DNA of 57,836 nucleotides, counting the filler, from Platydemus manokwari (taxonomy: Eukaryota), in NCBI GenBank assembly GCA_037951405.1. It is 6 parts of 6 records of this genome, joined end to end, with 100 filler letters (N's around TTAATTAATTAA, not from the genome) between each part and the next. Parts side by side here need not be neighbours in the genome. Positions count along the whole stretch, not along the records: positions 18,994 to 29,231 come from JBBMOY011155104.1; positions 29,332 to 38,420 come from JBBMOY011301095.1; positions 38,521 to 47,508 come from JBBMOY011318649.1; 3 more parts are not named here. The stretch is one strand, 5' to 3'. The translations under genes and the position numbers were made by a program. The stretch's first letter is position 1. Each line of letters starts with the position of its first letter. This document shows, one piece after another, positions 26,560 to 38,612 of this stretch. The notes under the pieces are model-generated. The model worked only from the letters and a program-made list of their open reading frames with translations, did no database searches and was not told the origin of the DNA.

Positions 26560-26682
26560 TGTCTTCGTGTAAGTGTGAATGTGAGTGGCTCTGTTCTAAA
26601 CTCAGTATTTATACTTTACTGAGCCAGCCCCCGCTTACTCTTTTTGGTAACACATCGTGACCACCGCCAGTAATTTGCATAC
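26560..26682 (-). promoter_or_regulatory. Pol II core-promoter-like segment (octamer, GC-rich tract, TATAAA, initiator-like CATTC), likely from an LTR/transposon
   Basis: Minus strand: ATGCAAAT ... GCGGGGGCTGG CTCAGTA-AAG-TATAAA-TACTGAG ... about 25 nt ... CACATTCAC. Confidence 0.35.
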
Positions 26683-27002
26683 TGTCTGCATTTTTTAAGA
26701 TTTTTCAATTGTAACTTCTTTCTTGTTAATTATCAATTTGTATTTTGTATTATTGCACAATTATTATATTTGTTATTCTTAGTCTTATTTTTGATATAAT
26801 TATAACCCTGGTCATTTATTTTTTTATTCTTCTTATTTTATTTTAGATTATTATTATGGTCATTTATTATTTTATTCTTCTTATTTTATTATAGATTATT
26901 ATTTTCTTTTATTATTTTATTTTATATTTATTGCCGCAATTCTCCCATCACCCTCATCTTTCTCGCTTTACTACATTAATAAGTAACACCTCACAATAAT
27001 AT

Positions 27003-27206
27003 AAAATCAAGTTTCGAGTTGTCAATCCAATTGAAGATGATATGAAACTGATCAATTTTTGTTTTTCACTTATAAACAATACTTGACTCATGAATCTATT
27101 TATTGTGTTGACTTATTGTTGTTTATTATGTTAATTTAAGTGAAAAACAAAAATTGATCAGTTTCATATCATCTTCAATTGGATTGACAACTCGAAACTT
27201 GATTTT
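27003..27206. repeat. Perfect 70-bp inverted repeat with 64-bp spacer
   Basis: 27003-27072 is the exact reverse complement of 27137-27206. Confidence 0.95.
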
Positions 27207-27397
27207 TTGAATTTGGTTTGGGATGAATTTGCTTTTGGGGTGTCGGCTTCCATAGCTAAAGGCTTATTTGTGTATTTCATTGAGTGTTATGTGCATGAAT
27301 TGTATAATGAATTTTTTATTGGGTGTGTTTTATTGAGTGTTATGTACATAGATAATGGTTTACACAGGTTGTATTGTGATGAGTGGGGATCCCAACA
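27207..27397 (-). mobile_element. LTR-like fragment starting TGTTGGGATC
   Basis: Same 10-nt start as the repeat at 30542 (minus strand). Internal duplicated motif CATAACACTCAAT. Confidence 0.4.
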
Positions 27398-29231
27398 CAT
27401 GTGTCAGTGGCTTTCAAGAAGCACTTAATGTGGATTAGAAATTTTAAAATTCGGAGAAGTTTTATGACGATATCACTTCTTCACTATCTTATATGGTTCC
27501 TTCTTCATAAAAACTTCTCAACCATAAATATTCAACTGCATCTCATTCATGAACCGAATCTTCTTAAGTTTATGGCCACTGAATTGGGCTGGTTTTCTGC
27601 TTCTTTGATGAATTGGTTATAAAAATTTGGTTCATTTAACCGTAATTCTCAAAAAAACTCAAATGCTGAATGAGGATTGTTATAGACCTCAGTCTCAGTC
27701 TTCATCTTCTCGAGCATCTCAGTTATCAGTAAATTGAAAGATAAACTCTCAAATTTTTCAACCTCAGTCTTATTAAAAGTGTTGGTTTGTGATAGATGTT
27801 TGTTTGATATTCCTTACAACTCAACAACGTGAGCTCTATTATGTTTCATTATATCTAAGTTTATCAAAATTTGATTATTACAAAAAAAATGATATTTATT
27901 TACATTATTTACAAAAATCACGTAAGAATTCCGGTGTATAAGAATTCTGTTAATAACCTTTTCGTACTGTTTCAGGCTATCAGTTGTACAAGATGGAAAA
28001 AATAAAATATGATGATTTTACATTAATTAAACTGGATATAAGCAGACTTTCGATCACTTCCAAAAGATTTTTTTAATTTCCTCCTCGCAATCATAGACTG
28101 AAGGAAAATTCAAGTCGATTTTTGTCTGGCCTATATTAGAAATGACTTTATTTGTCTTTGGAAAAGGAAGATTCTCTATGCTTTTTTTTAATTGATATAT
28201 TTTTCTCTGCGTTATAATTTTAAATTGATACCATTATTTTACACACCAGACAATTTTTAGAATTTATTAGAAACGACTATTTCATGACTAGCAATTTTGT
28301 CATAATTTTTTCTACAACTGGGATTTCATCGCAAATTCATCTTGTGATAACAATTTTATTTTAAGTGGTAAATTTATTACAATAGGTTATATTTCTTTCA
28401 TGTGAATTTTTTCTGGAACTGTCAATTTTATTTCATAAAAAGTATGAACATAATAAATAAAATATTACAATATTATATTTCATGAAAAAAATAATTACCT
28501 ACAAGTCTTATTTAAAATTTTATAAATGAATTTCATATAAAATGTATGGAGAAATTTTTAAATTTTAACTCCTTTATAAACTTAATATTATATATTAATG
28601 ACAATATCTCTTTAATACCAAAAAAAATAATTCAACCCAGTTTAAATCAGAGCTGTTTGTTTCAAGTATCCTTTATTTCTATCTTTTTCTTAGTATTTAT
28701 TGCATTTTTCGAATATATAAATCTTGAAATATCTGTTTATTATTCAGGTTAACAAGTGGACTAAGAAAAGATTTTTTAATACACAATAATATGTATTTAA
28801 ATAATTATGATACGTTTTTGCAATGACAAATTCACATTCTATTTACAAATATGAATAAGAAAAAATTTCTGGAAATAGGACTTTATTTTAAATTGGATAA
28901 ATTCGAAGCAGGAAAAAACTTAATAGTTATTTTAATATTTCATGGTTTGTGTAAAGATTCCTAATTAATGTTATAAAATCTTATCATTGATAATATTCTT
29001 TCTTGTTGCAATTTTTTAATTTCATATTTAAGAACATTTCTAATACAGTAAAGAATATTACCATTAAATTAATTAGTTAATCATAATTATTTTTATTATT
29101 TAAATTATTTATAAATTAAAATAAAGATTCCAAAAATATCATGAGTATTAGAGTATATTTTATCTTAATTTTATTCATGAATTTGTTATATGACTTCTAT
29201 AAATTTAACTAAAATAAAATATATAAAACTA

Positions 29232-29331
29232 NNNNNNNNNNNNNNNNNNNNNNNNNNNNNNNNNNNNNNNNNNNNTTAATTAATTAANNNNNNNNNNNNN
29301 NNNNNNNNNNNNNNNNNNNNNNNNNNNNNNN
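29232..29331. other. Artificial contig linker
   Basis: 44 N + TTAATTAATTAA + 44 N. Confidence 0.98.
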
Positions 29332-29739
29332 ATTTCACATCAGCATAACATAATTCACGTTGATTATTTTACATGCACATATATTTTTGGAGAAGCGTTA
29401 AATGAAATAAAAAAACTCTAAAAAGGAGTTAGCAATGAGCAGACAAGTGATATAATCCGATAACATCCAATATATGTTTTGTTATTTGACTTTAATATGC
29501 AATAATTGATTTTTTGAATTACGTTTTATTGATTAAACTATGATTTTTATTTTTGTATAGTTTTGTTTATTTTTGGAAATAATAATAAAGTATTGTAAAA
29601 ATATATATAATTTATAAAATGAGTTATTTAGGATAAATAAAATAAAAAATTAGTGGTAATAAATTAAAATTAGTAAAAAAAAACTTATATGAATCAAATA
29701 GAATGATTGTACAAAGCATCATAAATGATTTAAAATGGA

Positions 29740-30542
29740 ACAAATAAATTTACCGAAAAGAGATATATTTATTAATTAAATTTCAATACTAATAAACTTT
29801 ATTGAGAAAACTAAAATACAAACAATTTCAGAAGACAATGTCCAGTGCACCACGGAGGTGGATTACTGCTAATCCGAAGAGGACGGAGAAGATGATGGAG
29901 GTTTACTGATAGTTTTAAGTTATATCTAAATTTGAATTAATTAATTATTATATGCTTACTAATATTATCTTAAATTGTAAAAATCTTACTCTGTGCAGTG
30001 GACAAAATTCTCCAACACAAGATTTTCTATTAAATTCCTTGGCCATCATTGGAATTCTTTTTATTTAATTCCACTCTGTAAGCTGAACGTGGTGGTGCTC
30101 AAAGTGGTGTGCTAATTGATTTCTCGATCAGGTATTTATACTCGTTATTTAACATTGTAATTCTTATTAATAATTATCTTTATTAATTAACTATTTTTCT
30201 AATATTTATTTTATTTATTGATCATCTTCTGCCACTAAATTAATTCGTTCTCTTCTTTTACATAATAAAAATAAACCACGATAAAACAATAATAATGGAT
30301 TAAATTATTTTTCAAATCAAAAATGCAAAATTGGAATAATAAAATTAAACAAAATCATAACCAATTTTAGTTATCAGAAAATCATCAAAATTGTTTCAAT
30401 AAGTTTTGTTTTATTGTTAGATAATTGATTGGGGGTTATTGATTGGATTGACCACAGTCAATGCACCCTTCTCTTGGGTTTATTTATAACAATAGGGTTA
30501 GTATTCAGATGGGTTTAATGGGTCTTGGTCTCGATCCCAACA
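29740..30542 (-). mobile_element. Dispersed LTR-like repeat (family A), related to 54972-56065
   Basis: Collinear blocks match the reverse complement of contig 6: 29741-29770~56030-56062, 29832-29900~55936-56000, 30030-30050~55817-55840, 30228-30262~55432-55468. Starts TGTTGGGAT. Confidence 0.65.
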
Positions 30543-32625
30543 AAGTACCAAATTGAATTGATATAAATACGTGAGCGGAAAACAGAATTTTACTCACAAA
30601 ATAAAAGTTTTAAAAAATCGTAAATTATAAATCACGAAAAATCGTTAATAATGTTGGATACATATGTACATAAACATAATAATATAAAAACAATAAAAAA
30701 TTACATAACAAAAAATAATAAAAATACCATAACAAATATATAGATAAATAATAACAATTACTCATAGCAAACAAAAAAATTTAAAATCAGGATTTTCAAT
30801 TTATTGGCTAGCAGTGACTAATTTAGTCAATATTCCATGTTGCCAAATTAGCAGGAAAACCATAGAAATCGGAATTATTAATCAATGAAACCATGGCAAC
30901 GTTGGAAATCGCCGAGGAAACATGATTATCCATTATTGCGCTTAGTCAATCACTCGAGAGAGATAGTATATAAACTGACCGAAGTCAGTCATTGGGCGCA
31001 CAAAAAATTTCCACCAGAAATTTCAGACATAAGACTTTGCATCATTATTCGAAATAAATCACATCGTAGTAATGCATATTGCAGTATGAAGTGCATTATC
31101 ACAGTTCAGATTGCTACTACGAAGATTATCATCATAAATTATTTGGAATTACATGGATAATTAGATTTTATTCAACACAGTAAGATTTTCATGGTTCACA
31201 TTTTTATTGTCTTTTCATCAATCTCCGATAGGGGGTTATTTGGGAAACAATAAATTTACTCTACAAAGTCGCTAGCATTTGTAGAGCTAAAATCAATAAA
31301 GTAAATACTCTTCTTTGGTTTTATTCTAAGAAGGGAGCACCTGGACTCTCCGTCGATTTTCATATCTTCAGGCCATAACACTTAGTCTGTTAAACTCCAT
31401 TGTAATTTTAAATCGCATATTTATCAATAAATCTATTTATCGAACACGACCTAATTTTCTGTGAACAGTTATATCTTAGATAGAATTACCATTCATCCAC
31501 TTTTGACGGAAATAAGTTGAATAAATATTTAAATCTTTGAGGTCAACTTATTGATTTGAGTCCATTTCATCACCAGTTAATTTCCATCAACGAATTGGTC
31601 AAAAACATTTTCAAGAAAAATTTAAAAATAACGAAAAATGAAACGAAACGTAATCGTTAATTAAGTAGTTTTTGTTTTAAATATCATATTTAACTGGGCG
31701 AAAGGTTCCGCCCTTTTGGAACATAAAATAATCTTCAGGAAATTTTAAAGTTTTTGTGATTTCAGCAAAATAATCGGAGAAGCGATTTTATAAAATTTTA
31801 TCATTTGTGCCAATTTTGCTCGAATTCAATTTTTTAATTTCAATAATTCTTTATAAAAAAATTGTGTTGCGATTTATTGTGAAGAAATAAATAGAGTTCA
31901 CATCTCAATACATTTGTATTCAACAAGATCTCAAACTATTGAGTTTGAAATAAGATTTTTACCAATACAAACCCAACAATATTAAATGATATACTGAATG
32001 TTATTCCCTTATAAAGTGACCAATGATATACATAGAAATGTTAAACTTTTAATATACATAAGATTGTTGAATATCACCAACTAATCAAAAATTGTTAAAT
32101 TGTCGTCAGTGAGAAGATTTAATTATCGATTATTATTGTTCATTATATTGAATACCGATAACTCCAACATAGATATTGTAAGACTCAACACTGAGGAAAA
32201 TTTTAAAAACTTAAAGTATTTATAATAAAAATTTCTGGAATCGAGGATACTTGGGGTTTTGACAGGAGATATATTTGAACCTTCATGATGAAAGAAATAA
32301 TCAATAAATCGACCTATATCTTACACCTATATCTGATACAAACGATCCCGAAGATCGTGCTGTTTAGTGACATATAGCAGCAAATATATAAAATCGTAAT
32401 CCGGAGGAATGCCACTATTATCGGAAAAAAGGAATACAAACAATAAAAAAGTGTTGGTATATTAATCAACAATTTATATCGGAAAACTGTATTACTCAAA
32501 ATATCACAATCGATATCTCAAGTAAATCTTTGTACAAATCACAAGGTAAATCACACAAGACGGGATCAGCACCCGAAAGTCAAAAACAGAATAGAAAAAT
32601 AATCAAAAGGACTAACTACAATAAA

Positions 32626-33002
32626 TCATACAAAGATAAGCTTAACACGCGAGTTACCGACCAAGAAGACTGGCAGTAATTCATGAAACTCAATCTCTTT
32701 TATGGACCTATCGAGTGTGTCTGCAGTGATGCCATAAATCGTCGTTTTCCATTTGCTGAATTTGTTCGTAGGTCGGTCTAGTTGACATTTTCCCTGCATC
32801 TCTCGTGTCATTGGCAGATATTTGAGCTTTCTGCCATTTGTAGGTATGCACCTGTCGATTCCTAAGTTTTAAATATGGATTAATATTAAAGCGAATATGA
32901 TTAACTGATGGTGTATTTATCGGGTCTATGTGTATTGACCCTTTTTAAGGTTTTTTTCTTGGTTTTTGTGACCCTTTTCATTGATTTGTGATTTACCCAA
33001 CA
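32626..33002 (-). mobile_element. Dispersed LTR-like repeat (family B), related to 44060-44330
   Basis: 32740-33002 aligns by eye over ~265 bp with 44064-44330. Similarity stops at TACCCAACA (TGTTGGGTA on the minus strand). Confidence 0.75.
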
Positions 33003-35519
33003 GAAGAAACATCATTGGGGTAACCTTCAATAACGATTAGAAGTCCTAACCTTAGATATTTCTAATATTATAATGTTATACTATAATAATAATTATGCCA
33101 TTTTTCATAAATATGTTATTTAACCGCAATTTTTGATTATACCAATTTTTATGACACAATAAGATATAAATTAATCGAAATTGATTCTGAAAGTGAATTT
33201 GATCGAACAGATTTTAGTGATTTAGATTATTGATGGATTTGGCTTGATAGAAGATTTAATCATTAGGAATTGCTGTTAATAGAGAAAATAATTATATAAA
33301 TGATTTGATTTAGACAATGGTGATGTCTATATTACCGATTATAAGGTTGTGGTTGACATTATAGATTAGGATATTGATTGTAAGCCATCGTTTGTGTAGA
33401 ACAAACACGATTCGACACAATCTTAAAAATCCCAATTCTACAATATAATTTCAATTTCATTCCCTTTGAGTAATACTTTTCGAGTTTATATTCCTTCTTT
33501 TAGTAGTGATGGTTTATTGTTTTGCAACATATTGTTTACAAGTTTTCTTGTTTACAATTTCACATTTTAAGTAATTGTCAAGGGTTATTTATTTATTTGA
33601 ATGCACCCGTTAATTATTTCACCAGCTATATCAAATTCATTTATATAGTTTACGTTGTGGTTCATTAACATTTTATATAAACATTTTTAATAGACCGAGT
33701 CTTGAAATCAAAATGAAAGGGAGGATAATAAGACATAATAAATACAAGAAAATATATCAGATGAAAATTAAATTTTAGTTTACTCCAGGTGTTTACAATG
33801 CTTGACTTTTTAAAAATAGACCACATGGGGCAGTGACATTATTGTTCCTAGCAACTGGATTGAAAATCCTTGTGAAAAAAAATGAAATTTGAAAGCTTTT
33901 AAGTGGAGTTTCATAGATTTAGTTAAACTACGCGGATATGTGAATAACTGAGAACAGAAACACGCGTTGAAAATTTATTCAATTTTATAATTCAGAACTG
34001 TTGAAAATATGGTTTAATAAATAAATATGAATTGTTTGAGTGGTAAAAACATTAAAAACTAATAAATCACTTTATAAAAATGGTTATAATAAATAGTTTT
34101 TTCTGATAATTGATTCAAAATAGATCAAATATCGAAAATATTTTCATCTTTATTGTGCGCGTAAATTTCTGCCAGCTTATTTACACTGTTTTCCTGTGTA
34201 GCAGACCTCTCTGCGTTCGTTATACATCTAATACTCATTAATTCATCATTTACCATTTTTAGTTAACATCTATTCGATAAGATAAAGTTGTTGCTAATCT
34301 TATTGTTTCTATTTTTAGAAATATTCCAAGATACTATTTTTAGTTTATTCCTTGTGACAACGTAAAATACAAGGAAAATAATTATTTTCAACAGTGACAG
34401 CATGGATATGGGTTTCGTAATTACAAACGTCATTTTCATCATTGATTTTATGTTACGCCTTTAATTGGCTATGATTTTCGTTATTTTTAACTTTATTGTT
34501 TACATATCTTGTTTATTTACCTTATTTACTCGACATTACGTCATTATTTTATTTATTTACTCTGTAAATTGTTTTCATAGGCTGATCAGTATTATAACTT
34601 AATAAGTCAAATATAGACATTAGTGAGTTACAAATATCTATTGAAACAACATATCGCAACCAGTAAATGCTAGCTTTAATAATTAATGGTAATCTATGTG
34701 TAATGAAAAAATAATAATTTGTTAAATATTTATTTCTAGCATTGAACAAATACCCTTCCATATTTTGTCGGGTTTGAATTGAGTCTTTCAAATCACTGTG
34801 GATTAAGTGGATCGATTTAACATATAGAAACGATCTTAACAATCATCATATGTGAGAAAATCCCACCTTTGAACAAGTTTTCATCAGCTCTTCTGATCTT
34901 GCCACAAATTTTAATCAACACATTAATAAACAGATTTCTTAGGAAAGGAAGTCGTTCTGATAAGATTCTTCAAATCAAATATGATAGATTTCATTTCTTT
35001 TAATTTACCAATATTCGATTCCACTTGATCAATTATCGATATATTGGCAGACTCATTAAAACAAACCATTTGACATGACAATAATTTCTCGTTTTGATTG
35101 AAATCTTCTTCTTGAACCAAAGTAGCGTGGAGAATATTTTTCATTCTCAATTCCACCATATTGAAATGAGTTCCAAAATATCCCATTTCACTGTTCTGTA
35201 ATCGCGAACAAGTTCATTAAAAAATATTGCTCTGATATTTGTTGAAAGAAATTCAAATTTCGAAAGTGATTTGATAAAACTGAGATTTTTTATCGAATAA
35301 TAACAATGATATCGATTGTTAGAAAATTATTTTAATCTTTGTGACATACAACGACAACAATAAATCTTCGAATATGGACTTGTTGCATTGAATACCATGT
35401 CTCATTATGATGATAATTATAGCTGCATTCATTTAAACAAATAATTGATATTGTGCAACACTATTAAATGTGAACATGAATGACTTTAATAAAAAATACT
35501 AATTAATAATCAAAATATT

Positions 35520-35700
35520 GGTAATAATAATAATAATATTGTTTATAGTAATTATTTAATTAATAATAAAATTGATTATAATTATTATTTAATCAATAAT
35601 ATTAATAATAAAATTGTTTATAATAATTATTTAATCAATAATATTAATAATAAAATTTTTATAATAATTATTTAATCCATAATAATTAATATTAATAATA
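35520..35700. repeat. AT-rich tandem repeat (~38 bp unit, ~4 copies)
   Basis: AATAATAAAATTGTTTATAATAATTATTTAATCAATAATATT-like units. Confidence 0.7.
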
Positions 35701-35872
35701 ATAACAATAAGACCAAAACTGTATTTACTAAAGCAAGATGACATCTCAGCAACGGCCATTTTAGTAGAGAAAACAAATTTAAAAATGGCTGCCCGCCTGA
35801 CAGGATCATCGATAAAAGATATCCAAATCAAAAATATTATTCAATTCACCAATTATAAATCGCGCCCAACAA

Positions 35873-37519
35873 TCATAGCCTTGACGTGTGGACAACACCG
35901 TTTGCAGCATTGTTTTTCGGGACTGTCTTGTTCTGATCAGATGGTTTGTCGTCATCTTTCTGATTTGTAATTGCAGCCGTTTTGTCGTAATAAATTTCTT
36001 CCTCATCAGATCCCGATTCCAAGTCATTGGTGTGGACTACCTTGGCTACTCCGTCAGTGATGCCCGATTGTGACCAACTAAAAACCAAAATACACAAATG
36101 ATCGAATCAATGCAATTATATTGCTTAGTGACAAACTCTTCCCCCCTCCTCACCTGATACATCGCATATGTGATGGATAATCGATATTATGGCAAAATGG
36201 ATCAAATTAAAATGATTATAAAACTAACGCATGTTCCAATTGTTCCTGTTCTGTCGATTCATCCTCGTCCTCATTTGGCACAAGTAAATAAGGATTGTTA
36301 CTAATTGGTCTGAATTTGTAACCAGTAACAACCATGAATATAACAGTGGACAATTCTCTGAACAGGTCCACTGTCCAGCTGAGCTTGAAAGAAACCGTGA
36401 TGATGAGCAGATAAACGATGATTCTCGTGAAATAGATATAACAAATAATCTATAACAAAATCCAACAATCAATCATTTTCATGAAATTAACAATCAATTG
36501 AATAAAATAATCGATAATTTTATTGAAAAAATATCCACAAATAGTATTGATCACCAATCATTATCTGCAAATCATCGACCAATCAAATCAATGCAACACG
36601 CTATAAGTAGCCTATCAACCATCATATCCATTCATAAACCAATCAAATCAATGGATGATATTCTATATGTAGATCATCAAAGTCATCCAGGTATCCATTC
36701 ACAAGGGATATCACATCCAATCTAGATATCAACAAATTTCACAGAATTGAAATTATTTCAACTTGTCTGTAAACACTGACTGATCGAAATAGAATCTTCA
36801 CCGTTATTTATAATGACCAAAAGAGATTATTTGCTATCTATTGGAACATAAGAAATTCGAAATGGACACTTTGCCAATATTCACAATATCAGTGCCATAC
36901 AAAATGACAAAGATATATTAAAATGTCTCAAGCACACAATAATTAGTTCGTCAGTTATACGATTTTTAATGGATAACAAAATATTAGAGTGAATTTACGA
37001 AAACAAACCCAAACATTTGCTGGCAAATCTCAACAATCCGTTATCACATTAATAATCAATCAAATAAAATAATCGATAATTTTACTGAAATAATCCATTA
37101 CTCCAAAAATCACATTGATCACTCATCGATTAATTCAATCATCAACCAATCAAATACATTATAGATATAATCTTCCAAATACCATACAGATTAATGAACC
37201 AATCAAATCAATTCATCATTTTCAATATATAGCTCATCATCAACCATTATATATCTAATCATATATATAATCAGTGAATAAAAATAAATTTTACCAAAAT
37301 GTAAAAATGTCGAAACAAACGCAGCTTTAAAAGATTTTGAACTTGTTTTCCATCGATACTGGCTGCTTCTTTCAAATGTTTTATCGACCAAATAACCGGA
37401 AATAGAATTGCACCGCAACAAATCAAGTCCACCAACAAAAAGATATTTCTCCAAGTTAAGTATCTCACGGCACTTTCTTCCGATTCATCAATGATGATAG
37501 CAGCAATATTAGCAAGAAT
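35873..37519 (-). CDS. GPR107: GPR107/GPR108 (lung seven-TM receptor family) protein, last 3 exons, 5'-partial
   Basis: Exons 37519-37295, 36449-36229 and 36077-35873 splice in frame: ILANIAAIIIDESEE...LVDLICCGAILFPVIWSIKHLKEAASIDGK...KLRLFRHFYIL|IICYIYFTRII...TGYKFRPISNNPYL. Co-ortholog of GPR107/108. Confidence 0.93.
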
Positions 37520-38420
37520 CTATCAGTGAAATCATTATCAATCAAAAACATATACATATACAATATATTATGAATTACATCTAAAAATGCCGAGGCCAAT
37601 AAATATCATTATCATGTTATCATTTTACCTCGTCAAGAAATGAAATATTCACAAATATTTGTAACAACCAGCCTTTAATAATATTATAAATATATTTGAT
37701 ACATGATCGGTTAGATATTTCACATTTGTCAGTAGCTAAGATATTATCAATAATCAAAATTAGAGTTTGTTATGTAGTGATAGAAATCTCCATGATTGAC
37801 CAGCGCTTTTTCGACGATTTCCTTTAAGATTGAAATTCAATATTAGAAATAAAGCTATGACATCAACAGAAAGGATATTTTTCACTGTGTTGTTTAAAAA
37901 GATAAAACCACATAATTCCAAAGAAAAAGATGAATAAAAATATCATTATTCCAATATCTTTGATCATATATAAATGTCTACCCTGACATTATAATGGATA
38001 AATTCAGTGATGCGAGACACTTGTAAATTTACAATATACAGTTATTACACACCTAATATTGAAAAATTCATTGTCCCCTAATGTATAAATTATCAATGGC
38101 CATTGTATCTGTGAATTGTTAATAATTGGGCTTGATTTCACAATGTACAAAACACTTTCAAACTAAATGATAGGCAGAATAAATCAAAACTCGATTGAAA
38201 TGAATGGAATAATTGATAATTGGTATCAGTTATATCTAACATAATTATTACGCAACCGAAATAAGAAGTGACAACAAATTAAACTCTTATTTATTGATTA
38301 ATAAAAATGTATTATTGAAGCCATTTAAAGATGCCGATTCAACATTACAAATAATATTACCATGTTATAAGCCTAATAAAACAAAAATATAAACATATAT
38401 ATATTGGAAACCATTCCATT

Positions 38421-38520
38421 NNNNNNNNNNNNNNNNNNNNNNNNNNNNNNNNNNNNNNNNNNNNTTAATTAATTAANNNNNNNNNNNNNNNNNNNNNNNN
38501 NNNNNNNNNNNNNNNNNNNN
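38421..38520. other. Artificial contig linker
   Basis: 44 N + TTAATTAATTAA + 44 N. Confidence 0.98.
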
Positions 38521-38612
38521 ATTGTTATTACTATTATTATTATTATTATTATTATTACTATTATTCTTATTATTATTATTATCACTATTATTATTATTAT
38601 TATCATTATTAT
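38521..38612. repeat. (ATT)n microsatellite at contig start
   Basis: Imperfect ATT run. Confidence 0.9.

Noticed and set aside
35992-36012. CTGATGAG-GAA-GAAA on the minus strand
   Set aside because: No stem II; it is simply GPR107 coding sequence (SDEEE).
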